Source: Candidatus Binataceae bacterium
Lineage (GTDB): Bacteria; Desulfobacterota; Binatia; Binatales; Binataceae
DNA length: 64,000 bases
Assembly: GCA_035262365.1 (NCBI GenBank)
Contig: DATFSZ010000114.1
Coordinates: forward strand, 3,951 to 67,950
Reading direction: 5' to 3'
Shown in pieces: positions 18,976 through 29,826 of this stretch (the stretch's first letter is position 1; each line of letters opens with the position of its first letter). The notes beneath the pieces were generated by a model that was given only the letters and a program-made list of their open reading frames with translations, searched no databases and was not told where the DNA came from. The position numbers and the translations under genes are program-made.

Positions 18976-19721
18976 ATGATGCCGAAGTTCCAGGAGGCGC
19001 TTGAAAAGGGCGATCTCAATGCGCTCCGGCATTGCGCGAAGAGCGACCTTCACAATCACGGCATTGGAGGCGGCGACCGGGCCTTTCTTCTGGAGCGCAC
19101 CGGACGCGATATAGCGCCGCTTAATCGCAGTCTCTCATCGATTGCCGGGATGCACGCATGGGTCGATGAGAACGTGGACGGAATTTTCGCGGGCCGCGAG
19201 GGCCGTCTGCTGGCGTTTGAAGCGGCGCTGGTTCTGGCTCGGCGCGACGGTGTGACGCGCCTGGAGATCGGTGAGGACGTGTGGGCATCCACGCTTTTCG
19301 ACGGCTCGGCGGCTGAACTTACGCGCGAGCTCAGGCAGGTGCATAGCCGCGTCGCGCCGGCGATGGAATGGATTGCGCAGATCGGACTTTCCCGCCATTG
19401 CGCGATCGGCGACCTTGAGCGCTGGCTCCCGCCGTTTCTGGCGGCCGGCTTTTATCGAACACTCGATTTGTCGGGGGATGAGTTCGCGCAACCTCAATGT
19501 CTTCCCGACTTCCAATCTGATGCTCGGACGCGTCGGCGCCCTGGAATCACATCCGATCCGAAAGCTTTATGATGCGGGCGTGAGGGTGACCGTCAATTCC
19601 GACGACGCGCTGATCTTCGGCCGCACCGTGTTCGGAGGAATTCCTCGCTCTTTATCGCGCCGGTTTATTCAATCCCGCGGAGCTGGACGAAATCCGGCTT
19701 AACGGATTGAGCGATATCTAG
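18976..19721 (+). pseudogene. adenosine/AMP deaminase-family gene with internal deletion and two frame changes
   Basis: Frame 1 reads MMPKF...SDLHNHGIGGGD...TLDLSGDEFAQP. Around 19490-19500 the reading jumps to frame 2 (NVFPTSNLMLGRVGALESHPIRKLYDAGVRVTVNSDDALIFGRTV). Around 19630-19640 it jumps to frame 3 (SEEFLALYRAGLFNPAELDEIRLNGLSDI, stop at 19719-19721). The segment that carries HAGE and RIGHG in adenosine deaminases is absent. Confidence 0.6.
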
Positions 19722-19964
19722 CTGACCGGCTTCATCCCATCGCCATCAAAACGCGCGCGGCGCAGGCTCCATGGAATCCTGCGACACCTATATTGAATCA
19801 GGTGGAAGATTCCTTTCGCCGTCTATTTTTTAACGTGTTGCAGCAAATATGTACAAACAGACAAAGCTCGGATAGAACCTAACAATCCGAACCCTGGCAC
19901 GCAACCCGATCAGTTTTGGACACCTACTTACAGTTTGTCAGAACTTCTATTGGGGGTCGCGAAA

Positions 19965-21444
19965 ATGCTCAAGAAAGTTGAATTGGTTGGCATACTAGCC
20001 GGCGCTATTTGGTTCTGCTCGGGTTTCAGCGAGGTCTTTGCCCACGAGCCACATGTCTGCCCGCCCGGAATCAACGATAGTCCTGCGCTGGCCGGGCATC
20101 TGAACCAGAGCGACGTCATCAAAATGCCCTTTGCCAAGGTTTTCGCCGCCGGACTGGTGCTTTTTGTGACCAATTTCAACGCCTGCGACGGAGCGGGCCG
20201 TCCCGGCACCAACGGCGGCGTAACACCGCGTCCGTTGGACCCGCTGAAAGGACCCCGCTTCACGCGGCTTTCCGCTCCCGAGGCCAATTCCTGTGCGGGC
20301 TGCCACAGCCAGCCGCAGGCCGGCGGCGCGGGCGACTTCGTGGCAAACGTATTTGTGCTTGCCCAGAATCAGATCCCGGTCAGCGGTATGCTGCTTAACC
20401 CCGACTTCAGCCAGACCTTCCTGGAGCGCAACACACTGGGGATGTTTGGTTCGGGCGCGATCGAGCTGCTGGGACGGGAAATGACCGCCGACCTTTCGGC
20501 ACTCAAAGCTCAAGCGCTAAAAAGCGCCATCGCCACGCGCAAGGACGTGTCAACCACGCTGCTTACGAAGGGAGTTTCCTTCGGCTCCCTAATCGCTCAT
20601 CCCGACGGCACGATCGATTCCAGCGGAGTCGTCGGCGTCGATGCGGATCTGATTATTCAGACCGTTTTCGCGCAAGGGCGCGATGCGCTCGGTGCGCGAA
20701 TTCAGCGTTAACGCCTTCAGCCAGCATCACGGAATGCAGGCAGTAGAGCGTTTCGGACTGGACACCGATCCCGATGGCGACGGAATCACGAATGAGTTGA
20801 CAATCGGCGACATTACCGCGGCGTCGGTTTTTCAAGCCGCGCTGCCGGTGCCAATTGAGTCAACCAGGAAAGGAAACAATAAAACCGCCGCGCGAGGCGA
20901 AAAGCTCTTCGCTCAGGTCGGGTGCACCGGATGCCACATACCGGCGCTCCCGCTGGACCATACGACCTTCTGCGATCCCGATCCGGCCAACCCCGGCAGC
21001 GGACCGTTCAAGACCTTTAACGACACTTCGCAGGCCGTTTGCTTCGATCTGCGCCACACCTCGGGGCTGGCGGATGACGGAATGGTGCACGCGTACACTG
21101 ATCTGAAGCGCCATGTGATCTGCGATCAGAACAAGGCTCATTACTGCAACGAACCTGCCTCTCCGCTGCAACCCGACGACGGCATGCAGGCGTTGCCGCA
21201 AGACCAGTTCCTGAGCTCAAAGCTGTGGGACGTAGGAAACTCAGCGCCGTTCGGGCATCGCGGAGACCTCGACACGATTTACGCCGCAATCGTGGCGCAT
21301 GGCGGCGAGGCGACCAGTTCGGAAGCGCAGTATGAAGGATTGCCGGCCTCCGACCAGGCTGCGATCGTGGCGTTTCTGAAAACGCTTGTCATGCCCATTA
21401 TCAAAGGCGACCCCAATCCCCAAACCGGTTCGCCCTCGTCCTGA
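19965..21444 (+). pseudogene. di-haem oxidoreductase (DUF1111 family), frameshifted near 20655-20662
   Basis: Track ORFs 19935..20711 and 20683..21444 are the two halves of one protein. The join reads ...GVDADLII / RPFSRKGAMRSVREFSVNAFSQHHGMQAVERFG. There are two CxxCH motifs (CAGCH, CTGCH) and a signal peptide from the ATG at 19965. The span is 3n+1 nt. Confidence 0.7.
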
Positions 21445-21628
21445 GCACATCGCCCCCGGAGCCATAACCGAGGTCGGGGCTGAGGGGCCTTTCTTCGCTC
21501 CGAAATCGGATGATTCGCGGCGAGCTTTGCGGATAAGCGCGGAGCTCGACCTTTATGCTATTAACCCGATGTTACGCGACGGTACGAGTGGAGTTGTCGC
21601 CAGTTTACAAGGGTCAAAGGAGGCGCTC

Positions 21629-22240
21629 ATGATGGAAGCCCGCCGAATCAGACGCGTCGCGATTGTGCTCGCATTGATTGTTCTGGCGAGTTGGACAATG
21701 CCGGCGGCCCAAGAGGGGTCGTCCGATGCGATGGCGCAAGTGAAGTCGGCGGTTGAAAAGGCGCGCAAGATCCTGGCTGATCCCGGTTACAAATCCGCAC
21801 CGCAGAGCAAGCGAACCGAACTGCTGAAATTGCTGGATAATAATTTTGCTTTCGACGACATGGCGCGTTCATCTCTCGGCTCTTACTGGAAGAAGCTGAA
21901 TCCAGACCAGCGTGGACGCTTCGTCGAACTCTTTCACCAGCGCCTGGAGCGCCGCTACGTCAAGATCATCGAAGACTATTCGGGTGCACAAATCAATTTC
22001 GTAAGGGAAAGTCCGAGCGGACCCGATCGCGCGGAAGTTTATACGAACGTAGTAAATCCGATGCTTGCAGAGCCGCTCCAGATGAACTACCTTCTCCAAC
22101 GGTCCGGCGGCGCCTGGAAAGTGTACGATCTGGACATAGGCGGCATCAGCGAGGTCGACAGTTACCGCAAGGAATATGTGCAGATCATCAACAGCCAGGG
22201 CTACGACGCACTACTTAAGCATATTGCCAATCCCGCCTAG
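21629..22240 (+). CDS. mlaC: MlaC/Ttg2D-family phospholipid-binding periplasmic protein
   Basis: AAAGGAGG precedes the ATG at 21629 and a signal peptide follows. Family-typical blocks are FAFDDMARSSLGSYWKKLNPDQRGRFVELF and WKVYDLDIGGISEVDSYRKEY. Confidence 0.7.
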   Translation: MMEARRIRRVAIVLALIVLASWTMPAAQEGSSDAMAQVKSAVEKARKILADPGYKSAPQSKRTELLKLLDNNFAFDDMARSSLGSYWKKLNPDQRGRFVELFHQRLERRYVKIIEDYSGAQINFVRESPSGPDRAEVYTNVVNPMLAEPLQMNYLLQRSGGAWKVYDLDIGGISEVDSYRKEYVQIINSQGYDALLKHIANPA

Positions 22241-22305
22241 CAGGCTGGCAGGCCAGGTGCCTGAGGCTTGGAAATCCGCACGCCTTTGTTCCGGACCAAG
22301 CTCTT

Positions 22306-24800
22306 TCAGTTCGGAACGCTCTGGTCCGGCTTGATTCCCCAGATTCCAGTGGCGTACTCGGCGATCGCGCGATCGCTTGAGAAGCGGCCCATGCGAGCAA
22401 CGTTCAGGACCGCTTTTTCTAGCCACAGTTGGCGATTTGAATAGTCCTCCCACACGCGATCCCGGATCGCCAGGTAAGAGGAGAAGTCCGCGAGATGGAA
22501 GTAGTGGTCGGAGCTCAATAGTGCGTCATATATCCATTTGAACAAGCCAGGCTCGTTGGGGTTAAACCGGTTGGCGGCAAGTTCGTCGAGCACGCGCCTT
22601 AACTTGGGGTCGCGTTCATAGATTTCACGCGGGCGGTAATTCCCGCTCTGGTTGAGAGTTTCAATCTCGTCGGCAGTGAGACCGAAAATATAAATGTTGT
22701 CGGCGCCGGCTTCCTCGAGGATTTCGATGTTGGCGCCATCGAGAGTGCCGATGGTGAGCGCACCGTTCATCGCGAACTTCATATTACCGGTTCCGGACGC
22801 TTCGGTGCCCGCGGTCGAAATTTGCTCGCTGAGATCCGCTGCTGCCACCAGTCTCTGCGCCACCGAAACCTTATAGTCGGGCACGAAAGCGACTTTCAGC
22901 AAGCCCTTGGTTGCGGGGTCGTGATTGATCGTGTCCGCCATCGAATTGATCAGTTTGATAATCATGCGCGCCGCCCAGTAACCCGGTGCCGCCTTTCCCG
23001 CAAAGATGTGCGTGCGCGCCACCTGGGGCGTTACTCCATCTTCGACGATAGCCAGATAATCGTTGATAATCGCGAGCACGAGCAGCAACTGGCGTTTATA
23101 CTCGTGGATGCGCTTGGCTTGCACGTCGAACAAGGATTCGGGGTCAACGCCGACATGGCCGGTCTTTTCGATAAGGGTCGCCAACACTTCCTTGTTGGCG
23201 CGCTTGACGGCGGCGAAACCGTCGAGGAAGCCGCGCTGGCCCGCGTAGCGTTCCAGTTCGCGCAGTTTCTCCAGGTCGCAGATCCAACCGGCGCCGATAT
23301 TGGCGGATATGAGCTGCGCGAGCCCCGGATTGGCCTCCAACAGCCATCGCCGCTGGGTCACGCCGTTGGTTTTGTTGTTGAATCGATCCGGCCACATGCG
23401 GGCGAAGTCCGGAACCAGCCGCGTTTTGACCAAGTCGGAGTGCAGTTTCGACACGCCATTGACCGAATGCGAACCGACGATCGCGAGATTCGCCATCCGT
23501 AGGTGCCGCTGTGGGCCCTCCTCGATCAGCGACATCCGCGCGATCCGCCCGCTGTCATCGGGCGAGAGGGCAATGGCGTCGTCCAGGAAGCGCCGGTTGA
23601 TCTCGTAAATGATTTCCAGATGGCGTGGCAGCATGCGCTCAAGCAGTTCCACCGGCCAGCGCTCCAGCGCCTCCGGCATCAGAGTATGATTGGTGTAGGC
23701 GCAGGTCGCGCGCGTGTGGCGCCAGGCGGTCTCCCATTCCAGATCGTGTTCGTCCACCAGCAGACGCATCAATTCGGCAATTGTCAGCGCCGGATGAGTA
23801 TCGTTGAGCTGGATAGCGACCTTGTCGGGAAATGCATCGAAATCTTTGTGCAGACGAAGATATTGCCGAACGATATCGCGAACGGCGCACGCAACGAAAA
23901 AATACTCCTGCTGCAGCCGCAATTCGCGCCCCGCAGCCATCGAGTCGGAGGGGTAGAGGACCTTGGAAATTGTTTCCGAGACTATCTTATCTTCAACGGC
24001 CTTGAAGTAGTCGCCCTCATTAAAAATTTTTATGTCAAAATAATCCGAAGCGCGCGCGGAATACAGGCGCAGCAGATTGACCGTGCGGCCGCCGTAGCCC
24101 ACGATCGGCAGGTCATGCGGGACGCCGACTATAACGCGCCAATCAAGCCACATCGGGTTGTAATTCCCGTACCGGTCGTGAGACTTTTCGATTCGGCCGT
24201 AAAGCGGGATTAAGCAGGCTTCCTCGGGCCGGGCAATCAGCCACGGTGAGTAGGCGGGGGACCACTGGTCTGGCTGTTCGAGTTGGTAGCCATTTTGTCG
24301 ATTTCCTGCTTGAACAGCCCGAACTCGTAATTTATTCCGTAACCGTAACCGGCAATACCCAGCGACGCCATCGAATCCAGAAAGCAAGCCGCCAGACGGC
24401 CAAGGCCCCCATTTCCCAATGCAGGGTCGGGTTCGTACTCCAAGATCCGGTCCAGGTCGACTCCGTGCCGATTCAGCAACTCGCGGCATCGCCGGGTAAG
24501 GTCCAGATTGGCCAGGTTGTTGTCCAACGAGCGGCCGACCAGAAACTCCATGGAAAGATAGTAAACGCGCTTCGCGTCGGCGCGGTCGAAAGCGTTCTGG
24601 CTCTCGACCATCCGCTCGACAATCAGGTCTCTGACCGCCAGCGAGACCGCCTTATACCAATCGCCGTCGCACATTTGCGAGCTGTCCCTGGCGATCGAGT
24701 ACCGGATGTGCCTCAGCACACGCGCCTCGAAAGCTTCAGACCGGGCTTCGAAAATGTTGCTCAAAACTGCCTGACTGGCGCGCTGCGCACTAGTTGCCAT
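22306..24800 (-). pseudogene. glgP: glycogen/maltodextrin phosphorylase, frameshifted near 24295-24300
   Basis: Track ORF 24237..24800 is the N-terminus (...LGNGGLGRLAACFLDSMASLGIAGYGYGINYEFGLFKQEID). Track ORF 22306..24489 continues it (QNGYQLEQPDQW... to the end). The span is 2495 nt (3n+2), and one extra nt would give an 831-aa protein. Confidence 0.85.
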
Positions 24801-24856
24801 CGACGTTTCCCCCCTGATGTTTCTTCAGCCCAAGCCGGTTTCAGACGCGGCCGGCG

Positions 24857-25681
24857 TCATCGTAAAGCGCGGGCATAAGCGCGGACACCTTCCTGCCAAG
24901 GCGGGAGTACTATCGCCGGCTCTTGAGCGGTGGTGAGGACGGAGTTGTGCGGGCGCGGCGCCGGCGCCGGAAACTCGGCATGAGACACCGGCACGACCTC
25001 CGTCTCCAATCCCAGGCTGCAGAACAGCATCCGCGTCAACTCAAATCGTGACGCGCCTCCCTGTCCAGCCAGGTGATAAACGCCATAGGCCTCGGAACGA
25101 ATCAGCTCCGAAATTGCCTGGGCCAAATGAGGCGCGTAAGTCGGCGAACCGTACTGGTCACTTACCGCTTTGACTTGGGGCCGTTGGCTGAGCGAGCGCA
25201 TCGTCTTGAGGAAGTTCCTCCCGGCCGGATGAAACAGCCATGCCGTACGCACGATATAATGGCGGCAATTCAACTCCTTCACCGCAATCTCACCGGCCAA
25301 CTTGCTCAAGCCGTACGCGGAAAGAGGCCGCGGCAGGTCGAATTCGTGATAAGGACGATCGGCGGCGCCGTCAAATACGTAGTCAGTCGATACGTGAAGC
25401 AGGGGAATTCCGGCCGCCGCCGTGGCCAATGCGAGGTTTCGCGGACCCAGCGCGTTGATTCGGTATGCCTGCGCCGTGTTGCTTTCCGCCCCGTCCACGT
25501 CGTTGTATGCGGCGGAGTTGATTACCAAATCCGGAGTGAACGTGGTAATCGCTTGGCGCACGTCGGCGAGCCGGGTGATATCTAGCCGATCGCGGTCCGC
25601 GCCCTGGACCTCATCGTTTACCAGCGCGGCCACCAGCGAGCGTCCCAGTTGTCCGGCGCATCCGGCGATCAGGATCTTCAC
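24857..25681 (-). CDS. rfbD: dTDP-4-dehydrorhamnose reductase
   Basis: I prefer the GTG at 25681 (VKILIAGCAGQLGRSL), which overlaps the rfbC stop as GTGA. It has the SDR-type fold with YVFDG. Confidence 0.85.
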   Translation of the reverse strand: MKILIAGCAGQLGRSLVAALVNDEVQGADRDRLDITRLADVRQAITTFTPDLVINSAAYNDVDGAESNTAQAYRINALGPRNLALATAAAGIPLLHVSTDYVFDGAADRPYHEFDLPRPLSAYGLSKLAGEIAVKELNCRHYIVRTAWLFHPAGRNFLKTMRSLSQRPQVKAVSDQYGSPTYAPHLAQAISELIRSEAYGVYHLAGQGGASRFELTRMLFCSLGLETEVVPVSHAEFPAPAPRPHNSVLTTAQEPAIVLPPWQEGVRAYARALR

Positions 25682-26241
25682 GCCACCTCCCGCCGGTAGC
25701 GCGGCAGATGCTCGAGCAATTCGTCGAGTGTTTGCCCGCCGCGATCCTTGTCCGACAACAACGGATCGGCGGTCGGCCATTCGATGCCGATTGCCGGATC
25801 ATTCCAGATGATCCGCAGTTCGTCGGACGGGTCATAAAAGTCAGTGCACTTGTACTCCACCTCGGCCACCGTGCTACGCACGAAGAATCCGTGCGCGAAC
25901 CCGGGCGGAATGTAGCATTGAAGGAAATTGTCCGCGCTCAGTTCGGTCTTGATCCAATGCCGGAAGGTGGGCGAGCCCTGCCGGATATCGACTACCACGT
26001 CGCAGATCTCGCCCTGCAGGACGCGGATCAATTTTCCCTGCGGATGGCAGCGCTGGGCGTGAAGGCCCCTGATCGTACCGCGCGTGGAACGGGAATGATT
26101 GTCCTGCACAAAGGGCTCCACAATGCCGCCCTCGCGGTACTTGCATTGCTGGTAGGTTTCCAGGAAGAATCCCCGCGAATCCTTGAACACGTCGGGGCTG
26201 ATTACCAACACCCCCTCAAGCTCGGTGCAAATGATTTTCAT
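25678..26241 (-). CDS. rfbC: dTDP-4-dehydrorhamnose 3,5-epimerase
   Basis: MKIICTELEGVLVISPDVFKDSRGFFLETYQ...RGLHAQ is a typical RmlC. The start is the ATG at 26241. Confidence 0.9.
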   Translation of the reverse strand: MKIICTELEGVLVISPDVFKDSRGFFLETYQQCKYREGGIVEPFVQDNHSRSTRGTIRGLHAQRCHPQGKLIRVLQGEICDVVVDIRQGSPTFRHWIKTELSADNFLQCYIPPGFAHGFFVRSTVAEVEYKCTDFYDPSDELRIIWNDPAIGIEWPTADPLLSDKDRGGQTLDELLEHLPRYRREVA

Positions 26242-26282
26242 CGCAATATTATTCCGCCTGTTCGATGACTCCGGCTTTTCGA

Positions 26283-27185
26283 TCATTCTGGCTGTTCGAT
26301 CATTCTGGAGAGATACTCACCATAACTGCTCTTGCCCATTCGCCGGGCAATAGCCAGAACGTCCTCGGCGTTGATATAGCCCATCCGGAACGCGATCTCT
26401 TCCAGGCAGGCGGTATGCAGTCCCTGGCGCTCCTGGATAGCCTGAATGAAGTTGGAAGCCTGATGCATCGACTCATGCGTTCCGGTGTCGAGCCAGGCGA
26501 ACCCGCGGCCCAGCTTTTCGACATGCAACACGCCGCGCCGAAGGTATTCAACGTTGACGTCGGTAATCTCGAGCTCGCCGCGCGCCGAAGGCTTGAGCGC
26601 GCGCGCGATGTCCACGACCTGGCGGTCGTAAAAATAAAGACCGGTCACCGCATAGGATGAGCGGGGATGAGCCGGTTTCTCCTCGATACTGATTGCGCGG
26701 CCCGCCTGATCGAACTCCACCACACCGTAGCGTTCCGGATCGCGCACGCGATAACCAAACACCGTGGCGCCGCTGACTCGGGCGGAAGCCCGCTGCAGAA
26801 ATTCGGGCAGACCGTGGCCGAAAAAGATATTGTCGCCCAGCGCCAGCGCCACGTTGTCTTTCCCGATGAAATCGCGGCCAATGATAAAGGCCTGCGCGAT
26901 GCCCTCGGGCTTGGGCTGTATCGCGTATTCGATATTTAGATTCCAGTCCGAGCCTGATCCGAGCAGCCGGCGAAAGCTTTCGCTCTCATGCGGCGCCGTG
27001 ATGAGCAAGATGTCGCGGATGCCGGCCATCATCAGGACCGACAGCGGGTAGTACAGCAGAGGCTTGTCATACACCGGCGCCAATTGTTTGTTGACCGCAC
27101 GGGTAACCGGGTAGAGCCGGGTTCCCGACCCGGCGGCGAGCAGGATTCCCTTGCGCCGCGATATGCCGTTGGATTCATTGCTCAT
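26283..27185 (-). CDS. rfbA: glucose-1-phosphate thymidylyltransferase
   Basis: [37 protein letters not shown] has an intact GxGTRL motif. The ATG at 27185 overlaps the upstream stop as ATGA. Confidence 0.9.
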   Translation of the reverse strand: MSNESNGISRRKGILLAAGSGTRLYPVTRAVNKQLAPVYDKPLLYYPLSVLMMAGIRDILLITAPHESESFRRLLGSGSDWNLNIEYAIQPKPEGIAQAFIIGRDFIGKDNVALALGDNIFFGHGLPEFLQRASARVSGATVFGYRVRDPERYGVVEFDQAGRAISIEEKPAHPRSSYAVTGLYFYDRQVVDIARALKPSARGELEITDVNVEYLRRGVLHVEKLGRGFAWLDTGTHESMHQASNFIQAIQERQGLHTACLEEIAFRMGYINAEDVLAIARRMGKSSYGEYLSRMIEQPE

Positions 27186-28678
27186 GCTTTGCTCACCTCC
27201 CGTTGCGGATAGGAGCCGCCGCCCGTGGCCGGAATCCATGACGCGGTCTTGAACAACGCGCGCACGGCCGCGCCGAGCATCGCGATATCGTTCCATTCGC
27301 TGCGGACGCGCGCGTAATATCCCTCCGCCACTCGCTTCTCTTCATCGGGAGCCTCCGGCCCGAGGGCCAGCCGGGTGGGTCCGATCAGACCAACCGGAGC
27401 TTCCTCGCGCAGCCGCTCCCAGTCCGCTTCGAGCATGGCTTCCCTCTCGGGGGGCATCGCCTCCACCCCAATCATCCGAAGATTTCCTCCCAGCACCGCC
27501 AGCAACAGCGGCAACCACTTAAGCGCCGGAACCGGCGTTGCGCCTTCCAGCGTAACGAAAATTTTACGCCGCTCGATTCCGCCGGCCCGATCGAGCTTGT
27601 TGCCCACCAGACGCACCCGTCGAAACGGATGAGTCGGCCTACTAATGATCGAGGCGAGGAACATCAAGGGCCACAGCGGCGCTGAAATAAGCAATGCCAG
27701 GAGTCCCAAACATCGATGCATCAGGCTGGCGAAGCCAGTGGTGTAGCCGGTGCGCTTCAGACCGGAGAGCAGGAATGAGTCCACCACGCGGGTAACCGCC
27801 CCGGTCGATACGCTGATAAGATAATTGGTGGAAACGATCGAGTCGCATACATCCACCATTTCACCAACGTAGGTATGCGGCAGGATAACGGCGCAGCGCA
27901 GAGTCGACTGCCGGTCGATTATTACGTCGTCGTTGAGCACTACTTCGTTCATTATTTCCGCCGAGTGATCGATACGGCACCGGGAGCCAACGAAGATGCA
28001 GGTACCCTTGATTGCGGTGGCGGGCAGGCGCGACTGGCGTCCCAGGCGGACGCCCGGCGCGACCTCGCGTCCGGGAACGATCAAGGCTCCGAAGCGGCCC
28101 GCCGCCGCGTCGATATTGGCGCGATGGTATTGCGCCAGTGATGCGATTAGCGACACGTTGCCTTCGGGGAGGTCGAGTAGCGGAAGAGTCGCCGGCGAAG
28201 CGGCGCTTTGCTCGGGGTCGGCCATCAGCTGCCAGCTCGCCTGATCGCTCTGAGTAGCAAGTCTTATCGCCGCCGGCCGGCCTCCGTACACGGCTTCGGC
28301 CGGCTGACGACCGGCCATGGCGAGCGCGAGGAATTTCTTGAGCAGCGGAGTCCGCAGCAGGTCCCCGCGCATCATCAGGAAATGCTCGCTCAATTGGCCG
28401 GCCACCTTGCGCACTACCTGATCGGGGCTCTCATTGGGCCGCACCAGTACATATTCAAGACGCATCCCCCAGCGCGCACCGTTACCGAGTTCCTGTTCCA
28501 ACCGATCGGCATGCGCCGAGGCGATCACCAGGGCCTCGCGAATCCCCGCGAAGGCCAGGTCCTCGAGCGCAAAGACCACCAGCGGTTTACCTACCACCGG
28601 CAGCAGCGCCGCGCAGGTGCGCTCGGTAAGCGGCATCAGGGCTTTGCCCGGCCGATCGACGAACACAAGCGCTTGCAT
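27182..28678 (-). CDS. fusion protein: degenerate sugar-nucleotidyltransferase-like domain + hexapeptide-repeat region + degenerate monotopic phosphoglycosyltransferase-like C-terminal domain
   Basis: The ATG at 28678 shares one nt with the rfbB stop. The N-terminus [41 protein letters not shown] is NTP-transferase-like but lacks GxGTRL. The C-terminus has a hydrophobic helix ([22 protein letters not shown]). It then reads [25 protein letters not shown] where PGTs have [21 protein letters not shown]. Confidence 0.6.
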   Translation of the reverse strand: MQALVFVDRPGKALMPLTERTCAALLPVVGKPLVVFALEDLAFAGIREALVIASAHADRLEQELGNGARWGMRLEYVLVRPNESPDQVVRKVAGQLSEHFLMMRGDLLRTPLLKKFLALAMAGRQPAEAVYGGRPAAIRLATQSDQASWQLMADPEQSAASPATLPLLDLPEGNVSLIASLAQYHRANIDAAAGRFGALIVPGREVAPGVRLGRQSRLPATAIKGTCIFVGSRCRIDHSAEIMNEVVLNDDVIIDRQSTLRCAVILPHTYVGEMVDVCDSIVSTNYLISVSTGAVTRVVDSFLLSGLKRTGYTTGFASLMHRCLGLLALLISAPLWPLMFLASIISRPTHPFRRVRLVGNKLDRAGGIERRKIFVTLEGATPVPALKWLPLLLAVLGGNLRMIGVEAMPPEREAMLEADWERLREEAPVGLIGPTRLALGPEAPDEEKRVAEGYYARVRSEWNDIAMLGAAVRALFKTASWIPATGGGSYPQREVSKA

Positions 28679-29784
28679 CAGTGCTCCAGAGTTTCTCCCC
28701 GTGTGGCCCCCAATCCCAGTCGTGTGCGGTCGTAACGTCCACTCTGAACCGCGGCGCACCAATCGGCGTTCGACAGGTACCAATGCACGGTGCGCCGGAT
28801 ACCGTCTTCGAACGAGCATTCGGGATGCCATCCCAACTCGCGGCGGATCTTGCTGATATCGGTTGCATAGCGGCGATCGTGTCCGGGGCGGTCAGGCACG
28901 AACACGCGCAGATCGCGGTAGTTCTTGACGCCGCGGGCGCGCAGAGCGGCGTTGCCCGCGGCCGGCAGTTTTTCCTCCAGCGCGGCGCAAATCGTATCGA
29001 CCATCTGCAAATTGTTGCGCTCGCTGCATCCGCCAATGTTGTATTTCTCGCCCAACCGTCCGACGCGCAACACTGCAAACAGGGCCGCGCAATGATCCTC
29101 CACGAACAGCCAGTCGCGCACGTTGAGACCGTCGCCATAGACGGGCAGTTCCCGGCCCGCCATCGCGTTGAGAACCATCAGCGGAACCAGCTTTTCGGGA
29201 TACTGGTAGTAACCATAGTTGTTGGTGCAGTTGGTAGTTAAAGTGGGTAGTTTGAAGGTCTCGTGATAGGCGCGTACGAAATGGTCGGCCGCGGCCTTGG
29301 ACGCGGCGTATGGCGAGTTGGGCGCATAATGCGTATCTTCGCGGAACAGACCTTCCGCGCCCAGGCTGCCGTACACCTCGTCGGTCGAGACCTGCACAAA
29401 CCTGAAGGAGCCTTGTTTGTCTCCGAGCCGCCGGTAGTATGCAAGCGCGGCCTCCAGCAATTCGAACGTGCCGGCCACGTTGGCGTCGAGGAAGTTGCGC
29501 GGTCCGTCGATCGAGCGGTCGACGTGAGTCTCCGCGGCGAAGTGAACAATCGCGGTGGGCCGAAACCGCTCCAGCGTGTTGTTGACCGCCTCCCGGTCGC
29601 AAATGTCGCCTTTTACGAACGCAAAGCGCCCATCATTTTCCACCTCCCTCAGGTTGAGCAGAGAGCCCGCGTAGGTAAGTTTGTCGAAGACGACCAGCGA
29701 CGCATGGCTGCGCCGGATCGCGAATCGCACGAAGTTGGATCCAATGAAACCGGCCCCCCCGGTTACCAGTATGGTTTCCATCAA
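28678..29784 (-). CDS. rfbB: dTDP-glucose 4,6-dehydratase
   Basis: MMETILVTGGAGFIGSNF...YAASKAAADHFVRAY is a typical RmlB. 368 aa. Confidence 0.9.
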   Translation of the reverse strand: MMETILVTGGAGFIGSNFVRFAIRRSHASLVVFDKLTYAGSLLNLREVENDGRFAFVKGDICDREAVNNTLERFRPTAIVHFAAETHVDRSIDGPRNFLDANVAGTFELLEAALAYYRRLGDKQGSFRFVQVSTDEVYGSLGAEGLFREDTHYAPNSPYAASKAAADHFVRAYHETFKLPTLTTNCTNNYGYYQYPEKLVPLMVLNAMAGRELPVYGDGLNVRDWLFVEDHCAALFAVLRVGRLGEKYNIGGCSERNNLQMVDTICAALEEKLPAAGNAALRARGVKNYRDLRVFVPDRPGHDRRYATDISKIRRELGWHPECSFEDGIRRTVHWYLSNADWCAAVQSGRYDRTRLGLGATRGETLEH

Positions 29785-29826
29785 ATCAGGAATCCCCCCG
29801 ATCTATTCAGCGCCTGACAGCGCGGC

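Noticed and set aside
24290-24300. Programmed ribosomal frameshifting as an explanation for the split glgP, DUF1111 and Wzy-like genes.
   Set aside because: No slippery heptamer or downstream structure is evident. These families are not known to use recoding. Indel or sequencing error is simpler.
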